Assembly: GCA_049975485.1 (NCBI GenBank)
Contig: JBNGDC010000005.1
Location: forward strand, 25,928 to 89,927
Length of the DNA stretch: 64,000 nucleotides
Origin: Phycisphaerae bacterium
GTDB lineage: Bacteria; Planctomycetota; Phycisphaerae; SM23-33
Reading direction: 5' to 3'
Position 1 is the first letter of the stretch. The number at the start of each line of letters is the position of its first letter. The notes beneath the pieces are model-generated. The model saw only the letters and a list, made by a program, of their open reading frames with translations. It was not told the origin of the DNA and searched no databases. Positions 1 to 11,296 of this stretch are shown in pieces. The position numbers were made by a program, and so were the translations under genes.

Positions 1-867
1 GGCCGCCACTATCTCGGGCTTGTCCGCCAGTGTCGGGGAGTATTCCGACAATTCGTGTCGGATTTCGTGGTAGCTCTCCACGCCGTCGCAGCCCGGGCCT
101 GCAATGTCGATAACGTGCACGAGCACGCGCGTCCGCTCGATGTGGCGCAGGAACTCATCGCCCAGCCCGGCGCCTTCGTGGGCGCCCTCGATTAGTCCCG
201 GTATGTCGGCCATCACGAACCGCCGGAACTGCGCCATCTCAACTATGCCCAGCACAGGGTAGCGCGTCGTAAAGGGGTACGCCGCCACCTTGGGCCGGGC
301 CGCGGATATGCGGCTCAGCAGCGTGCTCTTGCCGGCGTTGGGCTTTCCCACCAGTCCGGCGTCGGCGATGAGCTTCAGCTCCAGTCGCAGGCGGCGGCTG
401 CGTCCTGGTTCGCCTTGCTCGGCCTGCCGGGGCGCCTGGTTGGTGGAGCTGCGGAAGTGCACGTTGCCCCTTCCGCCCCGCCCGCCGGGCGCCACGCAGA
501 CGCTCTCGCCGTCGGTCGAGAGGTCCTTGAGCACTATTCCATGGTCGGCGTCGTAGATTATCGTTCCCGGCGGCACGCGGATGTACACGTCTTGGCCCTT
601 GCGGCCATGGCATTTCTTGCCCGTGCCGCGTCCGCCGTGTTTGGCATGCCACTGGCGGTGTCCGGTGAGGTGCTGCAGCGTGGTGTATGAGGAGTCGGCC
701 ACCACGAACACGCTGCCGCCGTCGCCGCCGTCGCCGCCGTCGGGCCCGCCGCGAGGGACGAACCTCTCGCGCCGGAACGACACGGCCCCGTCGCCGCCGT
801 CGCCTGCGGTGACCGACAGCTCTATCTCGTCAACGAATACCGCTTTTTCCGTAAATCTTTCGGGCAT
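1..867 (-). CDS. obg: GTPase Obg/CgtA; C-terminal part lies beyond the left window edge
   Basis: Minus-strand frame from ATG (complement of 865-867) reads MPERFTEKAVFVDEIELSVTAGDGGDGAVSFRRERFVPRGGPDGGDGGDGG (glycine-rich Obg fold). It continues to ELKLIADAGLVGKPNAGKSTLLS (G1 P-loop) and DIPGLIEGAHEGAGLG (G3). It is absent from the ORF track because there is no in-window stop. Confidence 0.9.
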   Translation of the reverse strand, partial: MPERFTEKAVFVDEIELSVTAGDGGDGAVSFRRERFVPRGGPDGGDGGDGGSVFVVADSSYTTLQHLTGHRQWHAKHGGRGTGKKCHGRKGQDVYIRVPPGTIIYDADHGIVLKDLSTDGESVCVAPGGRGGRGNVHFRSSTNQAPRQAEQGEPGRSRRLRLELKLIADAGLVGKPNAGKSTLLSRISAARPKVAAYPFTTRYPVLGIVEMAQFRRFVMADIPGLIEGAHEGAGLGDEFLRHIERTRVLVHVIDIAGPGCDGVESYHEIRHELSEYSPTLADKPEIVAA

Positions 868-884
868 GTCCGGCTCGATGAGGC

Positions 885-919
885 AAGAAAAAAGGATGGC
901 TCCTGACCGGAACCATCCC
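885..919 (-). terminator. Hairpin plus T-run between rpmA and obg (terminator or attenuator)
   Basis: Minus strand reads GGGATGG-N13-CCATCC followed by TTTTTT. It sits 30 nt after the rpmA stop and only ~18 nt before the obg ATG, so partial read-through is likely. Confidence 0.5.
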
Positions 920-948
920 TGAAGTTCTGTTGCGAGGCGGCGCGATCG

Positions 949-1188
949 TCAGGCCGGCTCGACGTCCACGAAGCGTCCGCGGAATGAGACCTTTCCCTCA
1001 CGCATGGCGAAAAGGGTGTCGTCCTTGCCTCGTCCTACGTGGTGTCCCGGTTTGAAGCGGGTGCCGCACTGGCGAACGATGATCCCGCCGGCGGGGATTG
1101 CCTGCCCGCCGAAGACCTTGATGCCTCGCCGCTGTCCACGGCTGTCCCGGTTATTACGGCTTGCGCCTTGTCCCTTCTTATGAGCCAT
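949..1188 (-). CDS. rpmA: 50S ribosomal protein L27
   Basis: 79 aa, [44 protein letters not shown] matches the L27 signature. Strong SD (GGAGATAAGCG-ATG). Confidence 0.95.
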   Translation of the reverse strand: MAHKKGQGASRNNRDSRGQRRGIKVFGGQAIPAGGIIVRQCGTRFKPGHHVGRGKDDTLFAMREGKVSFRGRFVDVEPA

Positions 1189-1248
1189 CGCTTATCTCCG
1201 CGTCTATGTGTCCTCAAGGGCCTCCAGGCCGGTAAATTCGAGCCGTAT

Positions 1249-1277
1249 AGGTTATGCCAACCCGCCCGCCTTGTCAA
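1249..1277 (-). promoter_or_regulatory. Putative sigma-70-type promoter of rpmA
   Basis: Minus strand TTGACA-N17-TAACCT, about 60 nt upstream of the rpmA ATG. The -10 element is weak. Confidence 0.3.
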
Positions 1278-1281
1278 TCGC

Positions 1282-1950
1282 CTAACGCATGACCCAGTCG
1301 GTTTCCACCTTTCGCACCGGCGCGTCCTGTCGGCCGGCGGACGTGCCCGGCACGTGGTACCTGACCCGGAAAGTCTTGCTGAGGACTACCTCGGTCTTGC
1401 GGACCTCCTCAAGCTTGCCGGTGAGAGGGTTCGTTTCGGTGACGGTAACCGGCGAGGGAAGCTCGATCTCCACTGATTCGCCGCTCAGGCCGTCCACGAA
1501 GATATCGAAGCTGCCGGCCTCTTCGTCGTAGTCCGGCCAGATCGCGGCTCCGGTTCGGGCGTTGTCTGCGCCCTGCAGCAGCTTGCCGGTGATGTCGGAA
1601 AGATTCTTCAGGAGCGGCTCGTTATAGATGCGCTTGACCTGCTGGAAAACCCTCGAGGGCACGTCGGTGCCGGCGCGGATCATCTGCCCGGTATCGGTAT
1701 AGAGCACAAAGTCCGGCACAAAGATGCGGTCCTCCCCGGTGTTGTTGGTGACGGTGTAGATCATCACCCAGTATAGACGGGGCTTCTCTTCACCCGGCAG
1801 TTGCACTTTCACGGCGCGGGGACGCTCATATTCAAAGTCAAGCTGCCAGCTCGTCGGGACTTCGGCCGGTTCCGGCGCGGTAAACGCCGCGGGGCCTGTT
1901 ACCAGCACGACGGCGACGGCGGCAAAGATGCCTGCAAGGTTCCACTTCAT
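1282..1950 (-). CDS. Secreted hypothetical protein (signal peptide)
   Basis: ORF 1282..2004. The internal start MKWNLAGIFAAVAVVLVTGPAAFTAPEP has a GGAG SD 8 nt upstream and a signal-peptide-like N-terminus. GC3 is high. I recognise no family. Confidence 0.6.
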   Translation of the reverse strand: MKWNLAGIFAAVAVVLVTGPAAFTAPEPAEVPTSWQLDFEYERPRAVKVQLPGEEKPRLYWVMIYTVTNNTGEDRIFVPDFVLYTDTGQMIRAGTDVPSRVFQQVKRIYNEPLLKNLSDITGKLLQGADNARTGAAIWPDYDEEAGSFDIFVDGLSGESVEIELPSPVTVTETNPLTGKLEEVRKTEVVLSKTFRVRYHVPGTSAGRQDAPVRKVETDWVMR

Positions 1951-2089
1951 GGAAAATACTCCTGTCCGGCAGGACACAACCCGACCCCTTGGCCGGGCAA
2001 CCACAGCAAACTAAGCCCTGGGTGCGGGCAAGTCAACAGCGAATCACCGAGCTTGTTTCGCCGTTGAGGCCGTGTAGTATGTCGCAGCC

Positions 2090-3004
2090 GTGAGAGCCAA
2101 ATGGGACATACAGCAGCCCGGCGAGTCGGAGCTGGAAGAAACGGTGCGTGTAATGGCGGCGGGACGCGCCCGCGGTGCCATTGCCGAAGCCCGCGCCGCG
2201 ACATTGCGCCGCTATCTGGATGCGCAGGGGGCCGACTCTGTGCGACTGTGGCGAGCGAAGGGGCGTCGCGGTATCGTCGCCGCGGCGGCGGTGTGTGAGA
2301 ACCCCGGCCGGACGGGCATGCTGGTGCACAGTCCGGCGGATTCGGCGGGTGTAAAGGTCGACGCGCTTTCGGCCGTCTGCGCCGTCGCCGCCGACGATGC
2401 GATTCAGCGGGGAATGTCGCTGGTTCAGTCGCTGGAGCTGCCGGAGGACGAAGACGACGCCGACGCCCTGACCAACGCCGGCTTCAGGCAACTGGCCGAG
2501 CTTGTTTACATGCGCGTCGCCACGGCGGATGTGTCCGAAACCACGAGGGGCGAGCTTGCGTGGCGGTCTTACGGAAGGTTCGACGAGCAGGAGCTGGCGC
2601 GTGTGATCGCGGCGACGTATGAGAACTCGCTCGACTGTCCGGCCATCTCGGGCCTGCGCGACATAGAGGACGTTATCGCCGGTCACAAGGCCGGCGGCAT
2701 CTTCACTCCCGAGACATGGTGGATTGTGGACCACCACGGCGAACCGGCCGGCTGTGTGTTGGTGAACGATGCGACGTCACCTTCGGTATCGGAGGTGGTG
2801 TACCTTGGCGTCGTGCCGGCGCACCGCGGCGCCGGACTGGGAGAGGCGCTCGTCCGACACGCCTGCGCAGCGGCTCGCCGCAGAGGCCGCGCTACGCTGA
2901 CACTGGCTGTTGACGCGGCCAATACGCCCGCCGTGCGAGCGTACGAACGGGCGGGTTTCAGACGTACGCAGCGGCGTATTTCGTACATAAAGACGGCTCG
3001 ATGA
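2090..3004 (+). CDS. GNAT-family N-acetyltransferase (two-lobed)
   Basis: C-terminal acetyl-CoA motif VVYLGVVPAHRGAGLGEALVRHA...VDAANTPAVRAYERAGF. GTG start at 2090; an alternative ATG lies at 2153. Confidence 0.7.
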   Translation: MRAKWDIQQPGESELEETVRVMAAGRARGAIAEARAATLRRYLDAQGADSVRLWRAKGRRGIVAAAAVCENPGRTGMLVHSPADSAGVKVDALSAVCAVAADDAIQRGMSLVQSLELPEDEDDADALTNAGFRQLAELVYMRVATADVSETTRGELAWRSYGRFDEQELARVIAATYENSLDCPAISGLRDIEDVIAGHKAGGIFTPETWWIVDHHGEPAGCVLVNDATSPSVSEVVYLGVVPAHRGAGLGEALVRHACAAARRRGRATLTLAVDAANTPAVRAYERAGFRRTQRRISYIKTAR

Positions 3005-3056
3005 GCGCTTGGCTGAGGACTCTTCGGCGCGGTTTCCGGGCGGATTGTGAAGAACC

Positions 3057-3065
3057 TGTGGATGA
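3057..3065. promoter_or_regulatory. DnaA box, 8/9 match
   Basis: TGTGGATGA compared with the consensus TGTGGATAA (complement TTATCCACA). Confidence 0.5.
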
Positions 3066-3113
3066 AAGATTTTTTTCGTCGGCAAGGTGCGATTGCGCAA
3101 GACCCTTGGCGGC

Positions 3114-3122
3114 TGTGGATAA
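3114..3122. promoter_or_regulatory. DnaA box, perfect 9/9
   Basis: TGTGGATAA, 190 nt upstream of the dnaA ATG. Weaker 7/9 boxes lie near 3044 and 3168. Confidence 0.65.
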
Positions 3123-3312
3123 GAATCGACGCCCTTTGCTGTTGACCATATCCGCAGCTAGGGTTAGATTTCTCCACGAACTTCGATGCTGTCGGTGCCG
3201 GGCTGTGTGCACTTATTGATTGTGTTACGATGGGGCGCACCGGGCAGCTTCGAGGGGACAATGGACGTAAGGCAGTTCACTAGGATTTTTTCAGCAAGAG
3301 GGATCGACTTAT

Positions 3313-4734
3313 ATGGGTACCGTTGCGGAATCGGTCTGCGCCGGCGAAGACACGGAACAAAGGGTTCTTGCGGCATTGCAGGCCCGTGTCGGGCCCAGGA
3401 AGTTCAATGCCTGGTTCAAACACGCCGCACGCGTCAACGTCGAGGATGGGCGAGTGAAGCTTTCGGTCCCCAATTCGTTTGTGGCCAACTGGATCGAAAC
3501 CCATTACCACGACGACATCGCCGCCGTCGCCGAAGAGCTTGACTGCGACGGCTCGGTGCTGGTTACGGTTGACCCGGACCTGAACGGGCGCGTGCGGAAA
3601 CGCCAGCTCGACATGCAGGCGGACATAGTTTCGCGAACGGCCGAGGGACGAACCCGCCCGGCGCCGGGACATCGCGAGGCCAGGACGCTCAGGCACAAGT
3701 TCGACACGTTCGTCGTCGGCGAGTGCAACAAGCTGGCTTACTCGGCCGCCGTCATGATGGCCGGGGCATCCAGGCCGGCGTTCAATCCGCTGTTCGTTCA
3801 TGGGCCTTGCGGCATCGGCAAGACGCACCTGCTCCAGGGCGTGTGCAACGCCTTCTCAAAGCTGCGCAGGGGCGGTGGGCCCCTGGCGTGGCGATACGTG
3901 ACCGCGGAGGAATTCACCAACGAGTACATCACCGCGCTGAGGCGGAAGAAGATCGACGAATTCCGCGCCCGCTACCGCCGCCTGGACCTGCTGGCGATAG
4001 ACGACGTGCACTTCCTGTCGGCCAAGAAGGCCACGCAGGACGAGTTTCTGCACACGTTCAACGCCATCGAGTCGTCGGGTCGGCGGGTGGTGATGGCCTC
4101 GGACGCGCATCCCAAGCTGGTGGGCGACCTGAACGAACAGCTTGTCAGCCGGTTCCTGGCGGGGATGGTCGTCCGCATGGAGCCGCCGGAGCTTGCGACG
4201 CGGATGGAGATTCTTCGCCGCAACGCCCGCAGGATGAAGCTGCACGTGCCCACCGACGTGCTGGAGTACATCGCCATGCACGTGCGCGGGTCGGTCAGGG
4301 AGCTGGAGGGCACGCTGATAAAGCTCGGCGCGCTGGCATCGGTTTCCGGCGGACCCATAACCGCACAGACGGCGTCTGAGGCGCTGGCCGACCACCTCGC
4401 AAGGACCGGCAGCACGCGCACCGTGGACGACATCGAGGCGGTGGTGTCCAGCTTTTTCGGCGTTTCGCCGGCGGATATCCATTCCTCGCGGCGGACCAAG
4501 ACGGTATCGGCCGCCCGCATGGTGGCAATGTACCTCTCCCGGCGGCACACCCAGATGAGCTACCCGGAAATCGGTCGGCACATGGGCAAGAACCATTCAT
4601 CGGTCGTGCTGGCGGTTCAGAAGATGGAGAAGCTGCTCGCCGAAGGCGGCGAGCTTGCCTGGCGGACGCCCGACGGCAGCAAGTCGATGCCCGCAGGGGA
4701 GCTTCTTCAGCGGCTCAGCGAGCAATTTACCTGA
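3313..4734 (+). CDS. dnaA: Chromosomal replication initiator DnaA
   Basis: 473 aa. Walker A GPCGIGKTHLLQGV, Walker B LLAIDDVHFL, sensor/box VII region, and the C-terminal DNA-binding helix SYPEIGRHMGKNHSSVVLAVQKM. Confidence 0.95.
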   Translation: MGTVAESVCAGEDTEQRVLAALQARVGPRKFNAWFKHAARVNVEDGRVKLSVPNSFVANWIETHYHDDIAAVAEELDCDGSVLVTVDPDLNGRVRKRQLDMQADIVSRTAEGRTRPAPGHREARTLRHKFDTFVVGECNKLAYSAAVMMAGASRPAFNPLFVHGPCGIGKTHLLQGVCNAFSKLRRGGGPLAWRYVTAEEFTNEYITALRRKKIDEFRARYRRLDLLAIDDVHFLSAKKATQDEFLHTFNAIESSGRRVVMASDAHPKLVGDLNEQLVSRFLAGMVVRMEPPELATRMEILRRNARRMKLHVPTDVLEYIAMHVRGSVRELEGTLIKLGALASVSGGPITAQTASEALADHLARTGSTRTVDDIEAVVSSFFGVSPADIHSSRRTKTVSAARMVAMYLSRRHTQMSYPEIGRHMGKNHSSVVLAVQKMEKLLAEGGELAWRTPDGSKSMPAGELLQRLSEQFT

Positions 4735-4776
4735 CCCGCCGGACGGCGCCGGCGAGGTGCGACGTCTTCACGGACG

Positions 4777-4814
4777 GGCGCCCGGGCAGGGACGTCCGGG
4801 CGCCGTAGTTTTTT
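4777..4814 (+). terminator. Rho-independent terminator after dnaA
   Basis: GGCGCCCGG-N10-CCGGGCGCC (9-bp GC stem), then GTAG and TTTTTT. Confidence 0.65.
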
Positions 4815-4960
4815 GCGCTCGGGCAGGGGGCATAAGACGTTTCCGTCGCATTATTCGCAATTCTTATAAGCGAGTCGTGCGTGCTGAAACTATCTTAACG
4901 CTCTCGTGTGACGCAGCACAGGCCGCGCCGGCGACCGGAGCGGCAGGGCAGTACCAGTGA

Positions 4961-6313
<1,353 letters not shown>

Positions 6314-6386
6314 CAGGTTACTCGGTAAAGCTGTGAACCGTTAACCCGGCCGTGGGACGGATGATTTCCCTCCTGCGGCCGGTTTT

Positions 6387-6821
6387 CTATCGTGGCTTGC
6401 CTGCGACTGCTTTGGGTGCTTCATACCGGTGTTCCGGTGGTGCGAGCGTTGGGCAGTGGAAAAGGTGCCCGCCGCAGCGGCAGTCGGAGCTTCCGAAACC
6501 GGCGATGAAGCGGGGGTACAGCTTCGCCACCTCGCAGGCCAGTTCGCATTCGGCGCGGTCTGTTCCTTCGGAGACCACGGCCCCGAGCATATCCGCCAGC
6601 GTCGAAAGATAGTCGATGTGCCATCGCAGCGGTTTGTCCTGCCGGGCGTGTCGAGCCAGCCGGGCCTCCAGCCCGCGTTTTGCGCTGCCGACGTAGAAGT
6701 AGAAACCCGCCGGAAAGTGGAATGTCCCCAGCCGACCGACGAGTATCCGACGGGGGCGACGAAGACGGAAGACGGCCAGGTAGACTCCGCCGTCGCCGCT
6801 GTTGCTCCGCACCTCAGACAC
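6387..6821 (-). CDS. DUF123 / GIY-YIG-like (Uri superfamily) protein
   Basis: 144 aa. GVYLAVFRL...FYFYVGSAKRGLEARLARH...WHIDYL pattern plus a C-terminal Cys cluster (CRCGGHLFHC). Confidence 0.55.
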   Translation of the reverse strand: MSEVRSNSGDGGVYLAVFRLRRPRRILVGRLGTFHFPAGFYFYVGSAKRGLEARLARHARQDKPLRWHIDYLSTLADMLGAVVSEGTDRAECELACEVAKLYPRFIAGFGSSDCRCGGHLFHCPTLAPPEHRYEAPKAVAGKPR

Positions 6822-7572
6822 GGTCGATAACCACGATGGTCTCGTCGTCCGTCTGCGGCGCGTCGCCCCGGAAGTTCGTCACCTCCTGGAAAACGCCGTC
6901 GGCGCAGGCGTCAGCGTCATCGTCGATATGGCGCCGGATGGCCTCCTGCAGCCGAAATGCCTCAAACCGTTCGCCGTCGGAGTTCATGGCGTCGGTCAGT
7001 CCGTCGGTGTAAAGCACCAGTCGCTCTCCGGGCGTGAATGTGTGGCAGGTTTCCTCCGGCTCGAACGACTCCACGCCCAGCAACATGTTCTGCGCGATCA
7101 ACGGCATTGTCCGACATTCCCTCCGGCTGCACAGAAACGGCGGGGGATGCCCCATGTTCACGAAGAAGCTCGTGCCGGTCGGTCCGTCGATGACGCCATA
7201 GAGAAGCGAGCAAGGGATGACTGAATCCGTCTTCCGCCCCAGGTCCAGCAGCATCTCGTTCAGAGAGCGGACCAGTTGGCTGGGGCGGGCGCATTGCTCC
7301 GGCCGGGAGTGCAGGTATCCCATAATCTGCGACATCACCAGCGCAGCGTGCACGCCGTGGCCGACCACGTCACCTATGAGCAGCGCTATCTGGTCGCGGT
7401 GGAGGCGCAGGAAGGTGTAAAAATCCCCTCCCACGGCGCCGCTCATGCGGTTCCGCGCAGCGGCCACCTGGTGAGGGCAGTCGCCCGGGCATTGGCGAGG
7501 CAGCAGTGCGGCCTGTAGCTCCGCTGCCAGCGCCAGTTCAACATCCGATTCGATGTTCGATGCGGGAGGCAT
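6814..7572 (-). CDS. PP2C/SpoIIE-family serine phosphatase (catalytic domain only)
   Basis: GGDFYTFL...ALLIGDVVGHGVHAAL...LVLYTDGLTDA motifs. I prefer the start at MPPASN (complement 7570-7572) because the longer ORF overlaps the rubredoxin gene. Confidence 0.75.
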   Translation of the reverse strand: MPPASNIESDVELALAAELQAALLPRQCPGDCPHQVAAARNRMSGAVGGDFYTFLRLHRDQIALLIGDVVGHGVHAALVMSQIMGYLHSRPEQCARPSQLVRSLNEMLLDLGRKTDSVIPCSLLYGVIDGPTGTSFFVNMGHPPPFLCSRRECRTMPLIAQNMLLGVESFEPEETCHTFTPGERLVLYTDGLTDAMNSDGERFEAFRLQEAIRRHIDDDADACADGVFQEVTNFRGDAPQTDDETIVVIDRV

Positions 7573-7601
7573 TACAACATCATAGCCCCGGCGACATGGG
7601 C

Positions 7602-7760
7602 TTAGATGGGCGAAAAATCTTCCTTGCCCACGCCGCACTCCGGGCAGACCCAATCCTCGGGAAGGTCTTCGAAAGACGTTCCCGGTTCTATGCCCCCGTC
7701 GGGGTCGCCCTTTTCGGGGTCGTAGATATAGCCGCAAACGTCACAGATGTACTTTTGCAT
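7602..7760 (-). CDS. Rubredoxin
   Basis: 52 aa, [49 protein letters not shown], with two CxxCG knuckles. Confidence 0.9.
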   Translation of the reverse strand: MQKYICDVCGYIYDPEKGDPDGGIEPGTSFEDLPEDWVCPECGVGKEDFSPI

Positions 7761-7801
7761 GGCGCCGCCCTTTCGAGTTACCGCCGGATTCCGTCTGCTT
7801 T

Positions 7802-9892
7802 CTACCACAGATCGCGAATTATCCGCGACAGGTCCTGCCACGTGACTGCCACAAACACCAGCAGTATAAGCGCCAACCCGATCATCTGGACCACGTTGGC
7901 GACCTTTACGGGAACGGGCTTGCCGCGAATTTTCTCAATTATAAGGAAGACCGCGTGCCCGCCGTCCAGCACCGGCAGGGGGAGGAAGTTTATCACCGCC
8001 ACAGCCGCCGAGATCAGCGCCATGAAGTAAATGAGTTCTCTGGCGCTCTCCCTGCCGGCGTAAATGGCGATCTGGCCGATTCCCACAGGTCCACGAACCA
8101 TCTCCGCGGAGATTCCCCCGCTGATAAGCCCGCCCAGCGTCGCGATCGTGCTGCGGATATGGAACCAGGTTTCATTCGCACCCCACGCCAGGGCCGCGAA
8201 TGGATTTTCTTTCCGCAGGAAAACCATCAGCGGGCGGAAAGGCCTGGGCCCGGGAAAAAGGTCCATGCGGTAGTGATCCGGATCAAACTCACTGCCGGTG
8301 AGAGCCAGTTCCACTTCAACGTCTTCCGCGCCTCTGCGAACGCTGAGTGTGGCGGTCTGTCCGTCCGTTGCCGACAGCGCGTTGAGAAGCTCGGCCCAGT
8401 TGGCGACTTCCCTGCCGTTTAGGGCGGCGACCTCGTCGCCCGGCTGGATGCCGGCGGCATCGGCCGGTGAGTCGTTGCGCACGTCCGCCACCACGGTATG
8501 CTCCGCGTCGATGCCCGGCGAGATTCCCACCATCGCCCGGCCGTTACGGTCCGCCGGCTCTATCTCCAGCGGGCCTACAGTCTGACCGTCCCGGAGGACC
8601 ACAATGTTGGTCAGCGTATCGACCTTCTCGTCGCTGATGCGGTGGAAGTCGCTCAGCGTCGGCGACATGCGGTCGGCGTAGCTGAGGATGATGTCGCCGG
8701 GTTGCAGCCCCGCCTCGGCCGCGGGAGAACCGTCCTCGACGGCCAGTACCTTCAGGCGGGGGATCATACCGGCGACGTCCAGAACCTCCTTGTGTGAGCC
8801 GCCGGAGACCTGGTCTGGGTCGAAATCTTCCGTTGTTCCGTCGGCCTGAATCAGCCGGAATATGTTGCGCTTGTCCTTCTCAATCGTTTCCAGCCGTGCG
8901 CCGGATACGGCCCGGCCGTCGTCCAGGAACAGCACCGCCTGTTTCAGCCGCGGCGACGGGCGGACCTCTATATCCACGAGGATCGGCTTTTCCGCGCCCT
9001 CGTCGGCCCGATCTACGGTAACCGTCACCGGCGAGCCGTCGAGCTGTCTGGCGATGTCCTCTATCTCCCAATGATGTGCCACCCGGCGGCCCGCAACGGC
9101 GACGATTCTGTCGCCGCCGCGGAAGGGGTCGTTGACCTTATACCCCTGAAGTTCGGCGAAGACGGTGTCGGCCGCCGGCGCTATGCCGAACCCCTTGCGT
9201 GTGCCGTCCGGCAGGCGTTCCACGCCCAGCTCCGTTGCGCCGGTGAAGGTTCGACCATCGACCTTTCGTTCTATTGTGAACTCGAAGTTGTCGTCTGCGT
9301 CGGCGAAGGCGCCCTCTACGAAGATGTAGTCGAAGCGGGGTATCTCCTTGCCGTTTATTGCTGTGATGCGGTCGCCGGGCTTCAGTCCCGGCTCGTTGCC
9401 GCCGGGGGGCGTCTCGTCCTGCCAGTTGATTTGTGCCGTTGCGGCGGGATAGCCCGCTACCGTGTCTCCGATCACAGGGGCCATGAACTCCTTGCCCACC
9501 AGACCGATGAGCACGAACAGAAGACTCGCCAGTATCACGTTCATCACCACGCCGGCGGAGATGACCGCCAGGCGGGCGCCCACGCTCTTGGCCGCGAACG
9601 AGTGGGGATCCTGCTGCTGGTTCTCATCCAGCGGGGCGAAGTCCTCCTGCCCGAGCATCTTCACGTACCCCCCGAGAGGCAGAGCGTTGACGCAATAGTC
9701 CGTCTCGCCTTGCTTGATCCCGAAGAGCCGCGGACCGAAACCCAGCGCGAACCGCTCCACCTTGATACCTACGCCCTTGGCCACCAGGAAATGCCCAAGC
9801 TCGTGAACGAAAATCACCAGGCCCAGCCCGATGGCGAACTGCAATATCGGCCAGATCCAGTCCGCGATGATGCCGGCAAGCTGAATTGTCAT
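7802..9892 (-). CDS. rseP: RIP site-2 metalloprotease RseP (M50) with multiple PDZ domains
   Basis: 696 aa. [10 protein letters not shown] zinc motif near the N-terminus, [12 protein letters not shown] near the C-terminus, and PDZ-like GLKPGDRI / GLQPGDII / GIQPGDEV repeats. Confidence 0.9.
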   Translation of the reverse strand: MTIQLAGIIADWIWPILQFAIGLGLVIFVHELGHFLVAKGVGIKVERFALGFGPRLFGIKQGETDYCVNALPLGGYVKMLGQEDFAPLDENQQQDPHSFAAKSVGARLAVISAGVVMNVILASLLFVLIGLVGKEFMAPVIGDTVAGYPAATAQINWQDETPPGGNEPGLKPGDRITAINGKEIPRFDYIFVEGAFADADDNFEFTIERKVDGRTFTGATELGVERLPDGTRKGFGIAPAADTVFAELQGYKVNDPFRGGDRIVAVAGRRVAHHWEIEDIARQLDGSPVTVTVDRADEGAEKPILVDIEVRPSPRLKQAVLFLDDGRAVSGARLETIEKDKRNIFRLIQADGTTEDFDPDQVSGGSHKEVLDVAGMIPRLKVLAVEDGSPAAEAGLQPGDIILSYADRMSPTLSDFHRISDEKVDTLTNIVVLRDGQTVGPLEIEPADRNGRAMVGISPGIDAEHTVVADVRNDSPADAAGIQPGDEVAALNGREVANWAELLNALSATDGQTATLSVRRGAEDVEVELALTGSEFDPDHYRMDLFPGPRPFRPLMVFLRKENPFAALAWGANETWFHIRSTIATLGGLISGGISAEMVRGPVGIGQIAIYAGRESARELIYFMALISAAVAVINFLPLPVLDGGHAVFLIIEKIRGKPVPVKVANVVQMIGLALILLVFVAVTWQDLSRIIRDLW

Positions 9893-11109
9893 CAGGTTCC
9901 TCGCTTGTCCCCGCCGGGGCGGGAATATTCGCTTGCGATGTCCTTATCGCCTCCGAGGTCGTTTACGCGTCCGGCCACGTAGCGGCGGGCGCGGATGTCG
10001 GCCTCGCTGAGTGTCTGTAGTGTTGGTTCCGTTGTATCGGCCTGTTGGTTCAATGTTTCTTCGACCAGCGGCACGATATCTCCGAAGCGAATCCGGCCGT
10101 TGAGGAACGCCTCGACGGCGGCCTCGTTGGCGCCGTTTAGCACAGCGCCGGATGTCCCGCCGCGGCGAATGACCTCGTATCCAAGCTCGATGGCCTTCTG
10201 TGCCCGTTGGCTCGGCGGCCGGAACGTCAGCGACCCGATCGACGCCAGGTCCAGCGGCTCTACGTCCCTTCGAAGGCGGTCCGGGTAGCCCAGTGCGTAC
10301 GCGATGGGGCCGGTCATGTCGGGTCTGGCCATCTGGGCGACGCACGAGCCGTCGCTGAACTCCACCACGGCGTGGACTATCGATTCGGGGTGGATGACCA
10401 CCTCTATCCGCTCGGCCGGCAGGTCGAACAGCCAGTGCGCCTCGATCATCTCCAGCGCTTTGTTCATCAGCGTGGCCGAGTCGATGGTCACCTTCGGTCC
10501 CATCCGCCAGGTGGGGTGGTTCAGCGCGTCATCGACACCGGCGGCGGCTGCTTCGGCGTCGGAGAAATCGCGGAGCGCCCCGCCGGAAGAGGTGATTATC
10601 ACCCGGCGGATCTCCTCTGCCCGCCCGGCGGAGAGGCACTGGAAGATGGCTGAGTGCTCGCTGTCCACCGGCAGGACGCTGACGCCGGCGTCGCGGGCGG
10701 CCGGCATTACGATGGCGCCTGCCATTACAAGCGTTTCCTTGTTGGCTATCGCCAGCGTAGCGCCGGCGCGGATGCCCTCCAGCGTCGGCGCCAGACCCGT
10801 AGAACCGACCACCCCGCTGAGCAGCACGTCGCAGCGGCTGCGGCGGACAAGCTCGCACATCGCATCGCTTCCGGTGAGGACGTCAATGCCATCGACGAGG
10901 GAGCTGAACTGCCGGGCCGCACGCTCATCCGACAGCGCGACTATCTCCGGCTCGAACCGCCGGGCCTGTTCGGCAAGAAGCTTGTGATTGGACCCCGCCG
11001 CAAGGGCGCAGGCCGAAAGCCCCGGCTGGGAGGCGATTACCTCCAGCGCCTGCCGGCCTATGCTGCCCGTGGAGCCAAGGATTGCTATGCGCTTCGCGCT
11101 GGGCGTCAT
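9892..11109 (-). CDS. dxr: 1-deoxy-D-xylulose 5-phosphate reductoisomerase
   Basis: Start MTPSAKRIAILGSTGSIGRQALEV (NADPH fold). Also LPVDSEHSAIFQC and NKALEMIEAH motifs. Its stop overlaps the rseP start (ATGA). Confidence 0.9.
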   Translation of the reverse strand: MTPSAKRIAILGSTGSIGRQALEVIASQPGLSACALAAGSNHKLLAEQARRFEPEIVALSDERAARQFSSLVDGIDVLTGSDAMCELVRRSRCDVLLSGVVGSTGLAPTLEGIRAGATLAIANKETLVMAGAIVMPAARDAGVSVLPVDSEHSAIFQCLSAGRAEEIRRVIITSSGGALRDFSDAEAAAAGVDDALNHPTWRMGPKVTIDSATLMNKALEMIEAHWLFDLPAERIEVVIHPESIVHAVVEFSDGSCVAQMARPDMTGPIAYALGYPDRLRRDVEPLDLASIGSLTFRPPSQRAQKAIELGYEVIRRGGTSGAVLNGANEAAVEAFLNGRIRFGDIVPLVEETLNQQADTTEPTLQTLSEADIRARRYVAGRVNDLGGDKDIASEYSRPGGDKRGT

Positions 11110-11296
11110 GTCGGTTTCCGGTGTTGTGATAACCCCACATCTTACATTTGCCGCCGTCCGCGACAAGGATGATCGTCGATACGCCCCGCAAGCACCTTGT
11201 CCCGAAGCCATCGGCAGGATAAGATACCTGTCTTTCGCTCCGACGGCTTTCGCCGGTCGGGCTGCTCCGTAAGTACACGCAGGAGAGGGATCCACG

